Origin: a virus
DNA length: 64,000 nt
Reading direction: 5' to 3' (one strand)
IMG/VR virus record: IMGVR_UViG_3300035670_000022
Coordinates: 91,914-155,913 of that record
Both the position numbers and the translations under genes were made by a program. The notes under the pieces were generated by a model. The model was not told where the DNA came from and made no database searches. It saw nothing but the letters and a program-made list of their open reading frames with translations. Shown here piece after piece: positions 50,518-62,400 of this stretch (position 1 is the stretch's first letter; the number at the start of each line of letters is the position of its first letter).

Positions 50518-52760
50518 TGGGAATTAGAGACGCGAAGAATGAAGATTTTGACCCTTCTTTATACTTTCAAAGTCTAGCTACTAAATTAGAGACAGCTTTT
50601 GCTGCCGACGTTGTTTACAGCGATATCTTGGATTGGTTTGACAACGGAGGTGTCGACAAGAAGGCCTTGGGCGCAGAACTTAATCCACGGCAGCGAGTCA
50701 TTCTCAAGACCTTCTATGGAGTAGAGTTAACTGATGAAGAGACGTCTATCTTAGAGTTCTGGAAGGCTGAGGATAGAACAACCTATGACTTTGACTTTGG
50801 ACCGACTAAGCGGACCAACCTTGTTTTAGAGTGTGGTCGCCGGGGGTCTAAAACCTTTATTGGTTCTCTAATTATTAATTACGAGTTTGAAAAGTTGTGT
50901 CGTCTAGAGTCTCCACAGCGGCACTATAACGTAGCCAGCAGCACGCTGATCAGTATGATCTGTGTTGCTCCTTCTGCAGAGCAAGTCTCTAAGACCATTT
51001 ACGGGCAAGCTCGAGCCATGATGGACAATGTCTTCTTTTTAAGAAAGTTGATTGACGCTGGCAAGATTCAAGTCTTAGAGAAGATGATTCGGTATGACGA
51101 TAAGTTGCTCTATATATATTCAGGTAACTCTAAGAGTGAGACACAGGTGGGGGGCTCACCTATTTTGATTGTGCTAGATGAAGGTGCTTTATTTGAAGAC
51201 AAAGACGGAAGGAGTAATGCACTCACTCTTTGGGACAACCTAGGGGCCGGGGGGATCACTTTTAAAGATGACGCCAAACGCATTATCATCTCTTCTGCTT
51301 GGGAAGAAGGAGATGCCTTACAGGTTCTTTATCAGGCTTCGATTGGCTCTCAAAACTGGATTGCATATCGTTTGATGTCTTGGCAACTTAACCCAGAGTA
51401 TGCTGCCAGAGATAACCCGATTATCGCTTCTATGTACAACTCTAATCGTAAGATGGCAGAGTTGCTGTTTGAGGGTATTCGCTCTTCTAATGCCAATGCG
51501 TTTTTAGATGCTCTTGAAGTGAAGCGGTCGTTTAGACTCATGTCTAATGCATTCATAAGAGAGATCTCTGGTGAAGCGGATTCTTTAATTAAGCTACACG
51601 TAATGCAGATTGAGCCGTATAAAGGCTATACAGTTATGCACCTTGACCCTGCTGTCTCTAAGGATGCTTATGCTTTAGCCTACGGACATCTAGAGTTAAT
51701 GGACGGACAAAGCTGTGTTTGTATCGATGGTATTGCTGCGTGGATTCCTAGTCCAGGTAAAAACGTCTCTATTGTTAACGTGCAGCACGTTGTCTATCAA
51801 ATACACTCCCAGCGTCCTTTAAGTCTTATCTCTTCTGACCCTAAAGAGTCTAGTGAAACCCTTCAACGCTTCAAGGCAAACGGTATTCCTGTAGAGGTTA
51901 TTAACTTTACGAATCAGAAGCAAGTGGCTATGTACGATGCCGTGCGGAAATTATTACATGAAGATAGACTGATTCTGCCCAAGAATTCTCCTTGGACGGA
52001 ACGACTTAAAGACGAGCTAATACGTCTGCGGTTTATTGACAACAAGAAGATAGATCACCCACCTAACGGCTGTTTTACGGCGGAGACCCGTATACCTCTT
52101 TTAGACGGCACTACTGCTCGTATCGCTGAGCTAGAAGGTAGAGAAGTTTGGGTAGTTAGTTGTAGACCGGATGGTCTTGCCGTCCCAGGTAGAGCCCGCG
52201 GACGAAAGACGAAAGAGGTTGTTGATCTACTAGAAGTAGAGCTAGATAACAAAGCCGTCATTCGCTGCACGCCAGAGCATCTTTTTATGACTCACTGTGG
52301 GAACTACAGTGAAGCGCAACATTTAATCCCAGAAGTGACTCTTTTGATGCCTTTTCCTTCTGACTTCTCTATTAACAGTAAGCAAGAAAAAGTCAGAGTA
52401 CGGACTATTAGTCAAATTAAGTTAGAGTCTCCAGTTCCGGTTTATGACTTGGAGGTGGATGAGTGGGATAACTTTGCTTTAAGTGCCGGGATCTTTGTGC
52501 ATAACAGCAAAGACTTAGCGGACTGTATTGCCGGGGTTGTCTGGAACCTGATGGGTAAAGAGTTAATGATGGAGAAGATGCCTGTACAGATCTATAGTGT
52601 CCCTAAAAAAGTTAGGTCTTCTTTAGGCTATGCAGATCGACGATTGCAAGAAGATAACTTTCAAGAGGATAGACACTCCTTCTCCAGAGACCTACGGGCT
52701 ACACGCAGCCGGTGGGGACAACAACGGGGTTCGATATTTGCCGATGACGGCTTGAATTAA
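50517..52760 (+). CDS. terL: Terminase large subunit containing a mini-intein
   Basis: Walker A GRRGSKT, Walker B IVLDE, coupling motif ISS, nuclease HLDPA and DHP..G/SKDLAD. Confidence 0.9.
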   Translation: MGIRDAKNEDFDPSLYFQSLATKLETAFAADVVYSDILDWFDNGGVDKKALGAELNPRQRVILKTFYGVELTDEETSILEFWKAEDRTTYDFDFGPTKRTNLVLECGRRGSKTFIGSLIINYEFEKLCRLESPQRHYNVASSTLISMICVAPSAEQVSKTIYGQARAMMDNVFFLRKLIDAGKIQVLEKMIRYDDKLLYIYSGNSKSETQVGGSPILIVLDEGALFEDKDGRSNALTLWDNLGAGGITFKDDAKRIIISSAWEEGDALQVLYQASIGSQNWIAYRLMSWQLNPEYAARDNPIIASMYNSNRKMAELLFEGIRSSNANAFLDALEVKRSFRLMSNAFIREISGEADSLIKLHVMQIEPYKGYTVMHLDPAVSKDAYALAYGHLELMDGQSCVCIDGIAAWIPSPGKNVSIVNVQHVVYQIHSQRPLSLISSDPKESSETLQRFKANGIPVEVINFTNQKQVAMYDAVRKLLHEDRLILPKNSPWTERLKDELIRLRFIDNKKIDHPPNGCFTAETRIPLLDGTTARIAELEGREVWVVSCRPDGLAVPGRARGRKTKEVVDLLEVELDNKAVIRCTPEHLFMTHCGNYSEAQHLIPEVTLLMPFPSDFSINSKQEKVRVRTISQIKLESPVPVYDLEVDEWDNFALSAGIFVHNSKDLADCIAGVVWNLMGKELMMEKMPVQIYSVPKKVRSSLGYADRRLQEDNFQEDRHSFSRDLRATRSRWGQQRGSIFADDGLN
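52071..52505 (+). mobile_element. Mini-intein (145 aa, no homing endonuclease)
   Basis: Starts CFTAETRI, block B TPEH, block F VYDLEV, ends FVHN followed by Ser +1. Confidence 0.92.
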
Positions 52761-52791
52761 GCTGGGTTTAATACGACCATATAGGTTTGGT

Positions 52792-53424
52792 ATGGGTTAT
52801 TACTTTAGTCCCAACTACGGCGGGTATCCTTATCCTGTACAGGCGCTAGTCCAAGATTTTACGCCTGTTGTGATTGATTTTAAAGCAGCGATGCTTGATA
52901 TCGAGGATAATCCAGTCTTTCATCACAGTTCTGGTCGTAAGAAGCCTAAGTATACGATGCGTATCAGCCCGCCTCGTTCTGTTAGGCGAGGCGTTAAGCA
53001 GTATCTTTGCGACTCTATTGTTTTTCCTATTCCAGAAGACGGCGTCGTTCGGTTTAAGCTACCCCCGTCGATGTTATATCTACCTCGCGGACGCTATATA
53101 GTTGAGTTCTTTCGATCCGGCTCTCAAATCCCCTTTGATACTCAGCGCTGGTTGGTTCCTGCTATTCCTAAGCGGCAGTCCTATACGTTTACCTATGATG
53201 AGTCTGACCCAGACCCAACGCTTCCTTTATACGTTTGGAGTATTGATTCTGTCTCTCCGGCAGCAGAGTTTGTTGCAAACTACAACACCTTAATTTGGCT
53301 AGCTGAAACTCGTCCTGCTTTCGGCACTTCTATTACAGCTACGTATACCCCTGCCGTAACCCTAGATCAGTTAATTGAATACAAATCCTCAGAGTTTGAG
53401 GGTGTTACCCGCGTTCGACCCTAA
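52792..53424 (+). CDS. Hypothetical protein
   Basis: 210-aa ORF whose TAA overlaps the ATG of the next giant gene. Confidence 0.6.
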   Translation: MGYYFSPNYGGYPYPVQALVQDFTPVVIDFKAAMLDIEDNPVFHHSSGRKKPKYTMRISPPRSVRRGVKQYLCDSIVFPIPEDGVVRFKLPPSMLYLPRGRYIVEFFRSGSQIPFDTQRWLVPAIPKRQSYTFTYDESDPDPTLPLYVWSIDSVSPAAEFVANYNTLIWLAETRPAFGTSITATYTPAVTLDQLIEYKSSEFEGVTRVRP

Positions 53425-56400
53425 TGGCCTTTGAAAGAGACTACACCCGTAACTTATCAGAAGGCGGCAGCGTACGGGTAGGCCGCAGTAATTATGAAGC
53501 GACTAAGCGCTTCACAGAAACTCTTCGCCCAGGTAGTTTGAGCGCTGCCGAATATTGGTTACCCTCTGATTATGAAGAGCATAGAGGGCGGTCTGAGTAT
53601 GAACTGTACGAAAAAGTCGGCGGGCGTTTAACGTTTAATACTGCAGCGAATCACGAATGGCGGGAGCAATATAAACGGGCCATGGAGAGTGAGAGACTGG
53701 AGTCTCAACCTTACTTAGCAGAAGAGTCTGGGCAGGTTTCTATGCTTCATACTAAGCTGCTTGTAGGGGTAGATAACAGAACCGGCGAAAAGGTGGTTCG
53801 TTTAGACACAGCGGAAAAGTCTAGGTCACAGAATTACGCAGCGGATAGAAAAGACTTATTTATAGAGACATCACACCAAGGTGTGGTTCGAGAAGCCGAA
53901 GAGGTTTTGTCTCAAATTCACAGTGGGCAGACTACACAATACAAAGGCAAATATGTTCGGACAGGGCTGCATATCTTAGAAGGGGTCAATGAGGATGCTA
54001 AGTCTGCTAAGGGAGCCTTTGTTGTTAGTGCTGATATTAATCCTAGACAGACATTTATAGGAGATGAATCCGCCAGGAACGCTGACTTAGTCGGGGAGCT
54101 GATGGATACTATCGTTAAACGCTCTGACAGTGATAAAGACTTTACGGCAGCAGTAGTGTCTACCTCTGGAACGTTTAGTAAGAATAAAGCCTTAACTGGA
54201 TTACTTGCTCGTAAGGGTATACCGGTTTCAACCAGCGCGAGTAGTAGTTTGCACCAAAACCTATTCTTATTTGAGGATGTAGACGAAGAGGGCACAGACG
54301 TTGTTTGGTTAACGACCAAACGTTTAACAGGAAGCTCTCCTGAAGAAGTTGCTTTGAGAATAACATCTAAAGAAGACGCGGAGTTGTTCAATTATATGAA
54401 GAACAACTTCTTTAAGGAAACGCAACCCAGTATTAACCTAAATGTCTATGACATTGGAGCATTTTCTGGTTTATACAGTCCTAAATTTAGCTCTGACGAT
54501 ACTCGTAGACAAGGTGCTGTTTTCCTACCTACTCGTCTACACGATAGCTACTTTTCTAAATATAAAGGCGCTCCGGCGCCGACTCCTTACCAAGATTACT
54601 ATTACTCTCTAACAGGTAACGTACCTAAAGGCGCTTCTCGTTTTTGGCTTCGGGAAATGGATAAACAACTCTCTCCTAGTGTAGGAGAGCTACGCGGGTT
54701 GGGAATCTTAGTTAACCGCTACATAGACGATGGACTTTTTGAAGAAGGGCAAGGACCAATAAGTACTGCGTTTAGAGGATTCGGTCGGATTTTAGATACC
54801 CTAACTGGACACTACGCGATGAAGCAGATTTATGATGCTCAACGCGGTAAGACATTAAAAGACGATGTCCGAGGACTGCATAAACAACAATACGCAGGGG
54901 ATCCAGAAAGAGGCTTCTTTGAAAATCTAGCCTCCACCACTAGTCAGATGATTACAGAGACAGCTAGTGCTTTGGTCTTTTACTTTGGAGTTAGCCACTC
55001 TATCTCTATGGCTAAATCCTCGTTGGAGACTACAGGGCTAATGGGTATTTTGGAATATGCCAACGAGACAGGAGGGCAGACATTTGACAAGGATATACGT
55101 GGACAACTCTATCAACTTCTCTTCTCTCAAGACCACGTTCAGCTATTCACAGACGTGCGCAATTTTAGCCCAACAGGAAGTTTTGCTGAAGATATTACTC
55201 AGTTCATGCGTGAGATTCACGATTATGCTGATCCAGGCTCATCTGCGTCTGCTATCCCTACGCGTCAAGGAGTATCTGATCTCAATCTTCAAATGGGAGA
55301 ACGATTAAAGCAGCATCTTCAGGCTAACCCCAGCGTAAGTACCTCTCAGGCCATGCTTGACCTATTTGGATACGATGAAGCTGCAGGGACTTTGACATTT
55401 GACAAACGTCTTATCAATGAACACTTTGGTGTACGCGGGTCTCTTCGGTTTCTGTCTAGCTTTAGACAGATGGATCAGTCCAACATCATGAATGCGGTTC
55501 TGCCTATTCTTCAGCATATGGTTGTTGTAGGTAGTGATCCAGCTGAACAAAGTCGTTATTTACGTTCTATTGACGAACTTGTTACCCTATCGGGGCAAGT
55601 ACCTACTTTGCAGTTTAAGGACAATGGTGTGCTGTCTGACACCACTTTTGTGCATTATGGCAAAGAGCGAATGATTAACATTGCTCGGGCGCTGGACAAG
55701 ATAGCCGAGTTTGTTCCCCGTAACCCCTTACAGCATCTTCCCGGCATCCGGGCTATGACTGGTCTAAAAGAGCTGCGCGTCAAAGATGAAAACGGCAACA
55801 TTTTGGATGACTACTCGCTTAAAGGTCTAATGAATCCTGGCTTCGAAGGCTTGATTAGAAAAAGCGACTCGGTGGTGCGTTCTGTTCAAAATATGTATAG
55901 TCGAGGTGGTTATAAAACATATAAAGATATACGACAACTCTTTGCGCTTGAAACAGAGATTGGACGCCGCGAGAAGTTATTGACACAGCAGTTGTTGGCA
56001 GACCCTCATGACTTCAAGTCTATAGGCACCCATGTTAATCAGCTTGACGACTTGGTTCAGGAGCAGAAGGGTATTAGAGCGATGTATCGCACAGGTTTGC
56101 TTGACGCGTTACCTGGTAATACTGCCACTGATCATATACGAGGTTCCCTAGGTGTTCTTGCTTCCGTCTTTTTATTCGACAAGTTTTTAGGGTCTACTGT
56201 CATGGACAACCAGGGTATTGATCTGGTTTCCCAACTTGTTTATGGATTAGGTATCAATAAAGACTCTCAGTATGTCAGCGACGATAAAGCGACTCAGGAC
56301 TGGATGAGAGCTACTCCTATCTCTCAGATTGAGTATACGGGGACTATGCCTTATTGGGTCAAGTATCCAACCATAATTACGTCTGCGTATGCTGGCGGCC

Positions 56401-59400
56401 ACCTTTTTTATGACGTGGTTGGACAGTCTATGCCTGGCTTCAAATCGGATGAGGCAAGGAACAACGTTGTGTCTTTCTTGCGGAATGCCAGCACTTCTAC
56501 AGATGTTAATAATCCGAACCGCTTTAGTGGTTCTATAATCGTTCCCCCTTCGTCGCGTAATATCACTCCGAACACGTCTGTAACGGCGTTAGCAACAGTT
56601 GATGATGCGGCTAAGCAGGCCCATAGTATTTTTGACAAAGCACTTAATTACGTTTCTAAACCCAGATCTTCTGTCCGCTTTAGTTGGTTTGGTGCTTCTG
56701 TCGGGGCTGTAGCAGGACTGTTTGCTATGCAAACCACCTTTAATGCTGTTGCTGCTGCTGCTAATTTATTTTCTCACCATCAATCTGGGTTAAAAGCAGA
56801 CGATAACGTGGTGGCTAGCACAGTCATCACCCGTGGTATTCGAAATTATATAGAGAAGCAGCGGATCGTTAATGGTGTTACTCAGGCACGAGAGGCGGGC
56901 GATAATGGCGGTCTTAAGCAGGCGATCGACAAGTTTATGGCGTCAAAGGGAGACCAAACTCCGTCAGAGGGTAATCTCAACATTGATGAGATTTTAGCAA
57001 CTGTCTCTCAGCGAGACATTGCCCGTCTGTCTACGGTGAGTTACATTGCTGAAAGTCTTCTGCGCTCTAAGGATCAAGGTGGGAAGAAGGTCACTACATT
57101 TGCACATCAAATCCCTAACCCTATTTTTCAGCTAGCCTTTGTCTCGAAGGTAGACGAACGGGGTAATACTTACTCTTTTGGCGCTGGTTTTCAGTTCTTA
57201 CCAATTCTAGGTACTGGTTCTATTCCGCCTTTCCCCCTGGCTTTGAAACTAAGACCCACTCAAAGCAACAGAGAAAAGTACGCAGAATACGCTCTATACA
57301 TGGGAGCTAAGAACGCCAATAACGATGTTACTAAGCAGTATTACCAAGAGAAACTAATTAATGATTTTCGGGCTAGAGCGTTTTCTACGCAGATGGCTGG
57401 CGGGTTATTTACGTTTGAGAGAGACTCGCAGTTTCTACAGGCTTTAACCTTTGCTGGGACGTCGACGGTCTTAGGCGATATGTATAATCGCATGAGACAG
57501 GGGCGTGCGAAGGTAGATCCCAAGACGCTGCGAGGAGATGCTAGAAATCTGTATAAGCTACGCGTTATGGCGGAGTCAACGGCTCAAACTGTAGAGCAAG
57601 TTGTCCGGTTATCTCAAGCTCCGATGATGTCGATGCCAAACATCATGTTAAAAGAGTTGGCTCGATTTACCGGCACAGATGATATGTTACGCGCAGCCGG
57701 ACCCTATGCCCGTAAAGCAGCTCCATTACTACTGCCCTTGTTGTTTGCCCATGCTGCTACTTCCCAGGGCGGGACTTATGATTCTTTAGGTAGTGGTTAT
57801 GAAGCAGCAGCTTTAGCAGAGGGGAGAGGAGAAGCGGAAGGTGGTTGGAAACAATCCCAGTGGTATCGCATTGGAACCACGTTAGGACTGACTGGTTATT
57901 ATGGCTTTGCCATGCAGAGTGGAGATGTATTCTCTAATGTCAGCAGCTACTATGATGCTAAACCAGATGGGTTGCTAGGTGGGGGTCTTGGAAAGACGAA
58001 GCAGCGGCTTTACAGTATTTATCAAGATACTGCTATCTCTCGTTTTCAGTCCTTCTTGGGTCAGCAAAAGACAGGAGGTGTAAACGACGCACTTATAGAG
58101 TTAGTGAATAATCTAAGTGTCGCTGATGTTGCTCAACAGAGTGCTAGTAAGTCGGCGGGGCAGACGAGCACTTCTAAGATGAGAGAGTGGTTAGGTATGT
58201 TGTCCAAGCCAATAGATAAGGTTTCGGACGATGAGCTACGAAGTTTTGTTCTTAAAGCACGAGCAGGGGCTACTACAGGAACTACATCTGGAGCGGTTAG
58301 TGTCGCCGACGATTACTTACAAGAGTTGCGGTCTTCTCTTAAAGCAACCCAGAATTTAGCTGAACCGTCTGTTTTTCTAACTTCTCCTCTCCGCTTCAGG
58401 ATGATAGGAAGACAGTTTGTTAAGACTACGGCTGCTTTAGGAGTGGCAGGAATTACGCTAGCTGCTTTTACTAATTTCTTAGATGAGAACCGGGGCGACA
58501 ACTCTTTCTTAAAAGGACTAGCCTTTGGCGCACTTAAACTCGTTAGTGGCGCTTCTTCTATGGACGAAGAGAATGACGAGACTCTTCAGGCGTATAGACG
58601 AGCTTTGGATATTAAGCCATTTACACGAGGTGTAGATAGCTCTAATTATCTTTCTAGAGTTACTAGCTTCTTAAGTGGCGGGCTGTTTTCTCTAACAGAC
58701 TTCTTGGGTTTAACGGCTACTTATAAAGATAACCCGGGTGCCTTTATTAACATATTCGGTCCGGTGGGGGCGTCTCAGGGCTCAAATGGCTGGCGCTCCT
58801 ATGTGCAGGCCCAAGGTTTAGCCTACGACTTCTCTGGTTCTCAATACACTATGAATCAGAATATGATGTCGGCCGACTTTGCCAAATCAGTGGCAGCGGT
58901 TCTACAGGTTAATTCTCAGGACCCGATACAGTCTTATCGAGCCTTCCGGGGAGCAACACCTCGCAAGTCTGCTATGAGAGTTAAAGGCTCTACGTCTAGA
59001 GCTGAGCAACAGGCCTTAGCGGGAACTAGCGCTGAGTTAGCCCGGGCAGCGGAGGTTCAAGCCTATCGTGCCAAAGGACTTACTTGGCAACGTGGGCGAG
59101 AGTTGGCCCTCGACATGTTTGAAGATGCGATGTACTCAGGACGACTAGAAAGCCGCCTGGGTAGTGTTTCTGTAAATACTAAATATAAAGAGTGGACTCC
59201 CTTTGATATCAATGCCGTTTTTGTGCATATGGCTAGTCCTCTAAATTTAGAGAAGGGACGCTCTTTTACTGACCGACTGACTAAAAATATTAAGTTGGTG
59301 GGAAGTTATCTCTCTGGTGGCTATATCAAAGGAGAGCATGAAGACCCAACCGGTCTTATGTATAACTATCGTCGCCAGTCGGCGGTAGCCAATCCGCTGC

Positions 59401-62400
59401 AAAGCATCTACGGTGATATGTTTGCTACGGCAGCAGATGTTTTCGACTCTAAAGAGCAGAGCGGTTACCGTCAGGTCACAAGTCTCACGGGTATTGCACT
59501 TTTTGCGCAGGCAACACTATTGCTGGGAGCCTCCGCCGCTTCTTTGAGTTTCGGATTAGGTACTGCTATGGCAGCCCTTGCTGCCTTTAATGAGGGCGGT
59601 GTCATCGGTGAACGCCTAGACACGATTGAAGATAGAGCGGATTCTATTCGGCGGCGGACTATGCAGTTTGTTAAGTTGGATGATGGCACAGGTAGAGTTG
59701 TTTACGCTAATCGAGCTAGTACTAAAACAGGTGCTTACATCACAAATATCCCCAATAACATCTCTAACGTTCAAGTACAGGACTATAACCGAGCTCTAGA
59801 CTCTATCAACAAGGAGTTGGCAGGTCTTGTTAGCAGCAACAAGACGTCTTCTGGGACTATGTCTCGGTCTATTAACCATCACATATCTCTTCAAGGAGTA
59901 GACAGCACCGATAGAGCTAAAAATATTGCGGGGGACTTAAGAGCGCAGATCAAGTCGGCCTACACAAGACAGCTACCTAGCGGGCAGACTTTATTAGATG
60001 CTTTTGGTGTAGACGAGGCTACCTTCGACACGTTTTTAGATAGTCGTCTTCAGTCATTTGAAGTGTCACTGTTAAGTCAGTTAAATGAGTTTGAAGGAGA
60101 CCTTACCCCCCGGCGGGCTTTAGGCTTTGTAGAGCAAGCAGCTGGCGTAATCCTTGATGTACAAGAAGGACTTAATAGCATTATCGGAGCACCGGATTTA
60201 TCGATAAACCCCCCGGCGCAGAGAAAGATTGCTTCTAAACCTAGTTGGAGTCGTCTGCGGCGAGAAGAGAGAATCTCTACTCGTATCTTCGCCAAAGACT
60301 TAAGTAGAAGACAAGGTGAAGGTGTATTTGCTGCTAGAGAAGTTGGGCAGATGGTTGAAGACTCTGGCTGGCTAGGCACAATACGCGGGGCAGCTATGGG
60401 GGCGTTAAAACTAGGTGGTAAAGCACTAGAGTTATCTCAGGTGTGGTACTCCCCCTTTGCGGCTCTCACCGCTTCTTCGGTGGGAGACCCTATGGATCGC
60501 CGTCGAGCCTCCTACGCATCTGCTGGATTGTTGATGGACAGCGCCTTGGCATTGGGGGCCTTTGGTGTCTTTGGTTCTTTATCTGTACCTTTAGTAGCAG
60601 GAACCGCCGCTGTAGGGTTGGGGGCATATTTAATTGACGATACTTTCTTCAAAGGCGCCGGATTTAAGGCGATCGCCTCTGGATTTAAGAATTTAAACAA
60701 ACCGTATAAACGGGTTGAGAGGGCATTAGGTGAGTCTATCTACAACATAACGGACACTCCTGGGATCAAACAGGGACTCCAACTGTTGGGCATGCCCTTC
60801 CGTCAGCTTGATCCGTTCTTTACGTCTATACACAACAAAGCTGCTGGGACGCCTTGGGCAATGCTAACCTCTTTGTTTGTGCCTCACACAACTGAGAGTT
60901 GGATAGAGAAGAACGCGTTTGATAATGCCAATCGTCGTAGAACAGCGTTTGGAGATGAAACCTTTGAGCGAAGCAACTACGAGATCAGCGAGTACTGGAG
61001 ACAAAAGAATGTTCGCCGACGTCTTCGGGCAATGGATCCATTTGAGACCATAGACAGCGAGTTGGTTCACCCCTTCTTAGTCGGAAGACTTTCTTCTGAT
61101 ATTGACAGGATGACTTATGATCGCTTCTTTGATACCAAAGGATATGCAGAACGAGTTCTTGCACCGTTTGGTCCCAAGCCATATATGTCATCCTTATTAC
61201 AGCTGGCTGCCAAGCGCAGAAATCAGCTAGGGGACTATTACATCCATGCAGACTATGCCCGCCGCCGGCAAATGAGAAGTGACTTTGAAGTGCTGCCCAT
61301 GTTGACAATGGGCGCTACCACTCTTCCTAGAGCTAACTACTCTTTTACCGGTTCTTGGACAGGACATACCCATCCTTCCTTTGGGGCTACTATACGTTCG
61401 CTAAACACTCTCTTTGATGCGTATGAAAACACGACGAATCGATTCTGGGCTTTCTTTAAAGACTTAGGTGACTTTGCTGCAGACTCTGTCTCTAAGCTGC
61501 CAGGCATTAATCGACTTTCTTCTAGATTTCAATCCACCAGTCCTGCTCTGCGGAGTGGCTTAAAACAAGTAGGTATAGCTGGGGCTATTACCGGTATTGG
61601 GTTATTGGCTCGTAAGTTACTCGATAAAGATAAACGTAGAGAACCAGACGCGCTAGATGCCTTCATAGTTGCTGCCCCTGCCGTTGCTGTCCCCACGGTG
61701 ACAGCGGCGAAGTCCAGCTATGATGCGTTGGACGACGCGACTAAACTCAAGATTACCAATCGATACAATCAGGTAGCGGAAAGAGTCTCCAAGTATACAA
61801 AGCCTGTGGCTAAGTATGGAGTAATGACTGCTCTTAGTTATTTTCTAACAAAGCCAGCAGTTAACTATCTCTGGTCTGCTTTTGGTTTAGACAAGGATAA
61901 AGAGACTCAAGAGGCTACAGCTCCGTTTAAAACAGCGGCGGAGGTTGTTGCTACAGGTAGCGGCACTTTAATTCAGCATCATTTACTCAAGGCTAGAGAG
62001 TTTCACTCTGGAGCCAACCAAGTAACTAACGTGCCTTTTGCTTACCGTCTTCCCCGTATCGCAGGACGCTCTGCAGTAGGAGGTATGTGGGGAGCCTTAA
62101 AAGGCTACGCCGCATTCTCTGTAGTTGCTGCTGGGGCAGATATTGTAGCCTCCGCCTTTGGTGTTGACACAGACTCAGAAGCGTATCAGCGTAAGCGTAA
62201 AGGAGCTAGCGACCTGTTTGTCTCCACGTTTGCCACTATAGACTTTCTGCAATTCGGAGCCAGAATTAACCTGACTAATCAGTTTACGGGTAACGCCGTA
62301 AACCTACCCACCTCTCTTCGCAAGTTTACTCAGGATCTACTTTATCCGCTAAGAACGGCTACTAACTTTATAGGTAATGCTCTAGAGTTCGTCGGTAACT

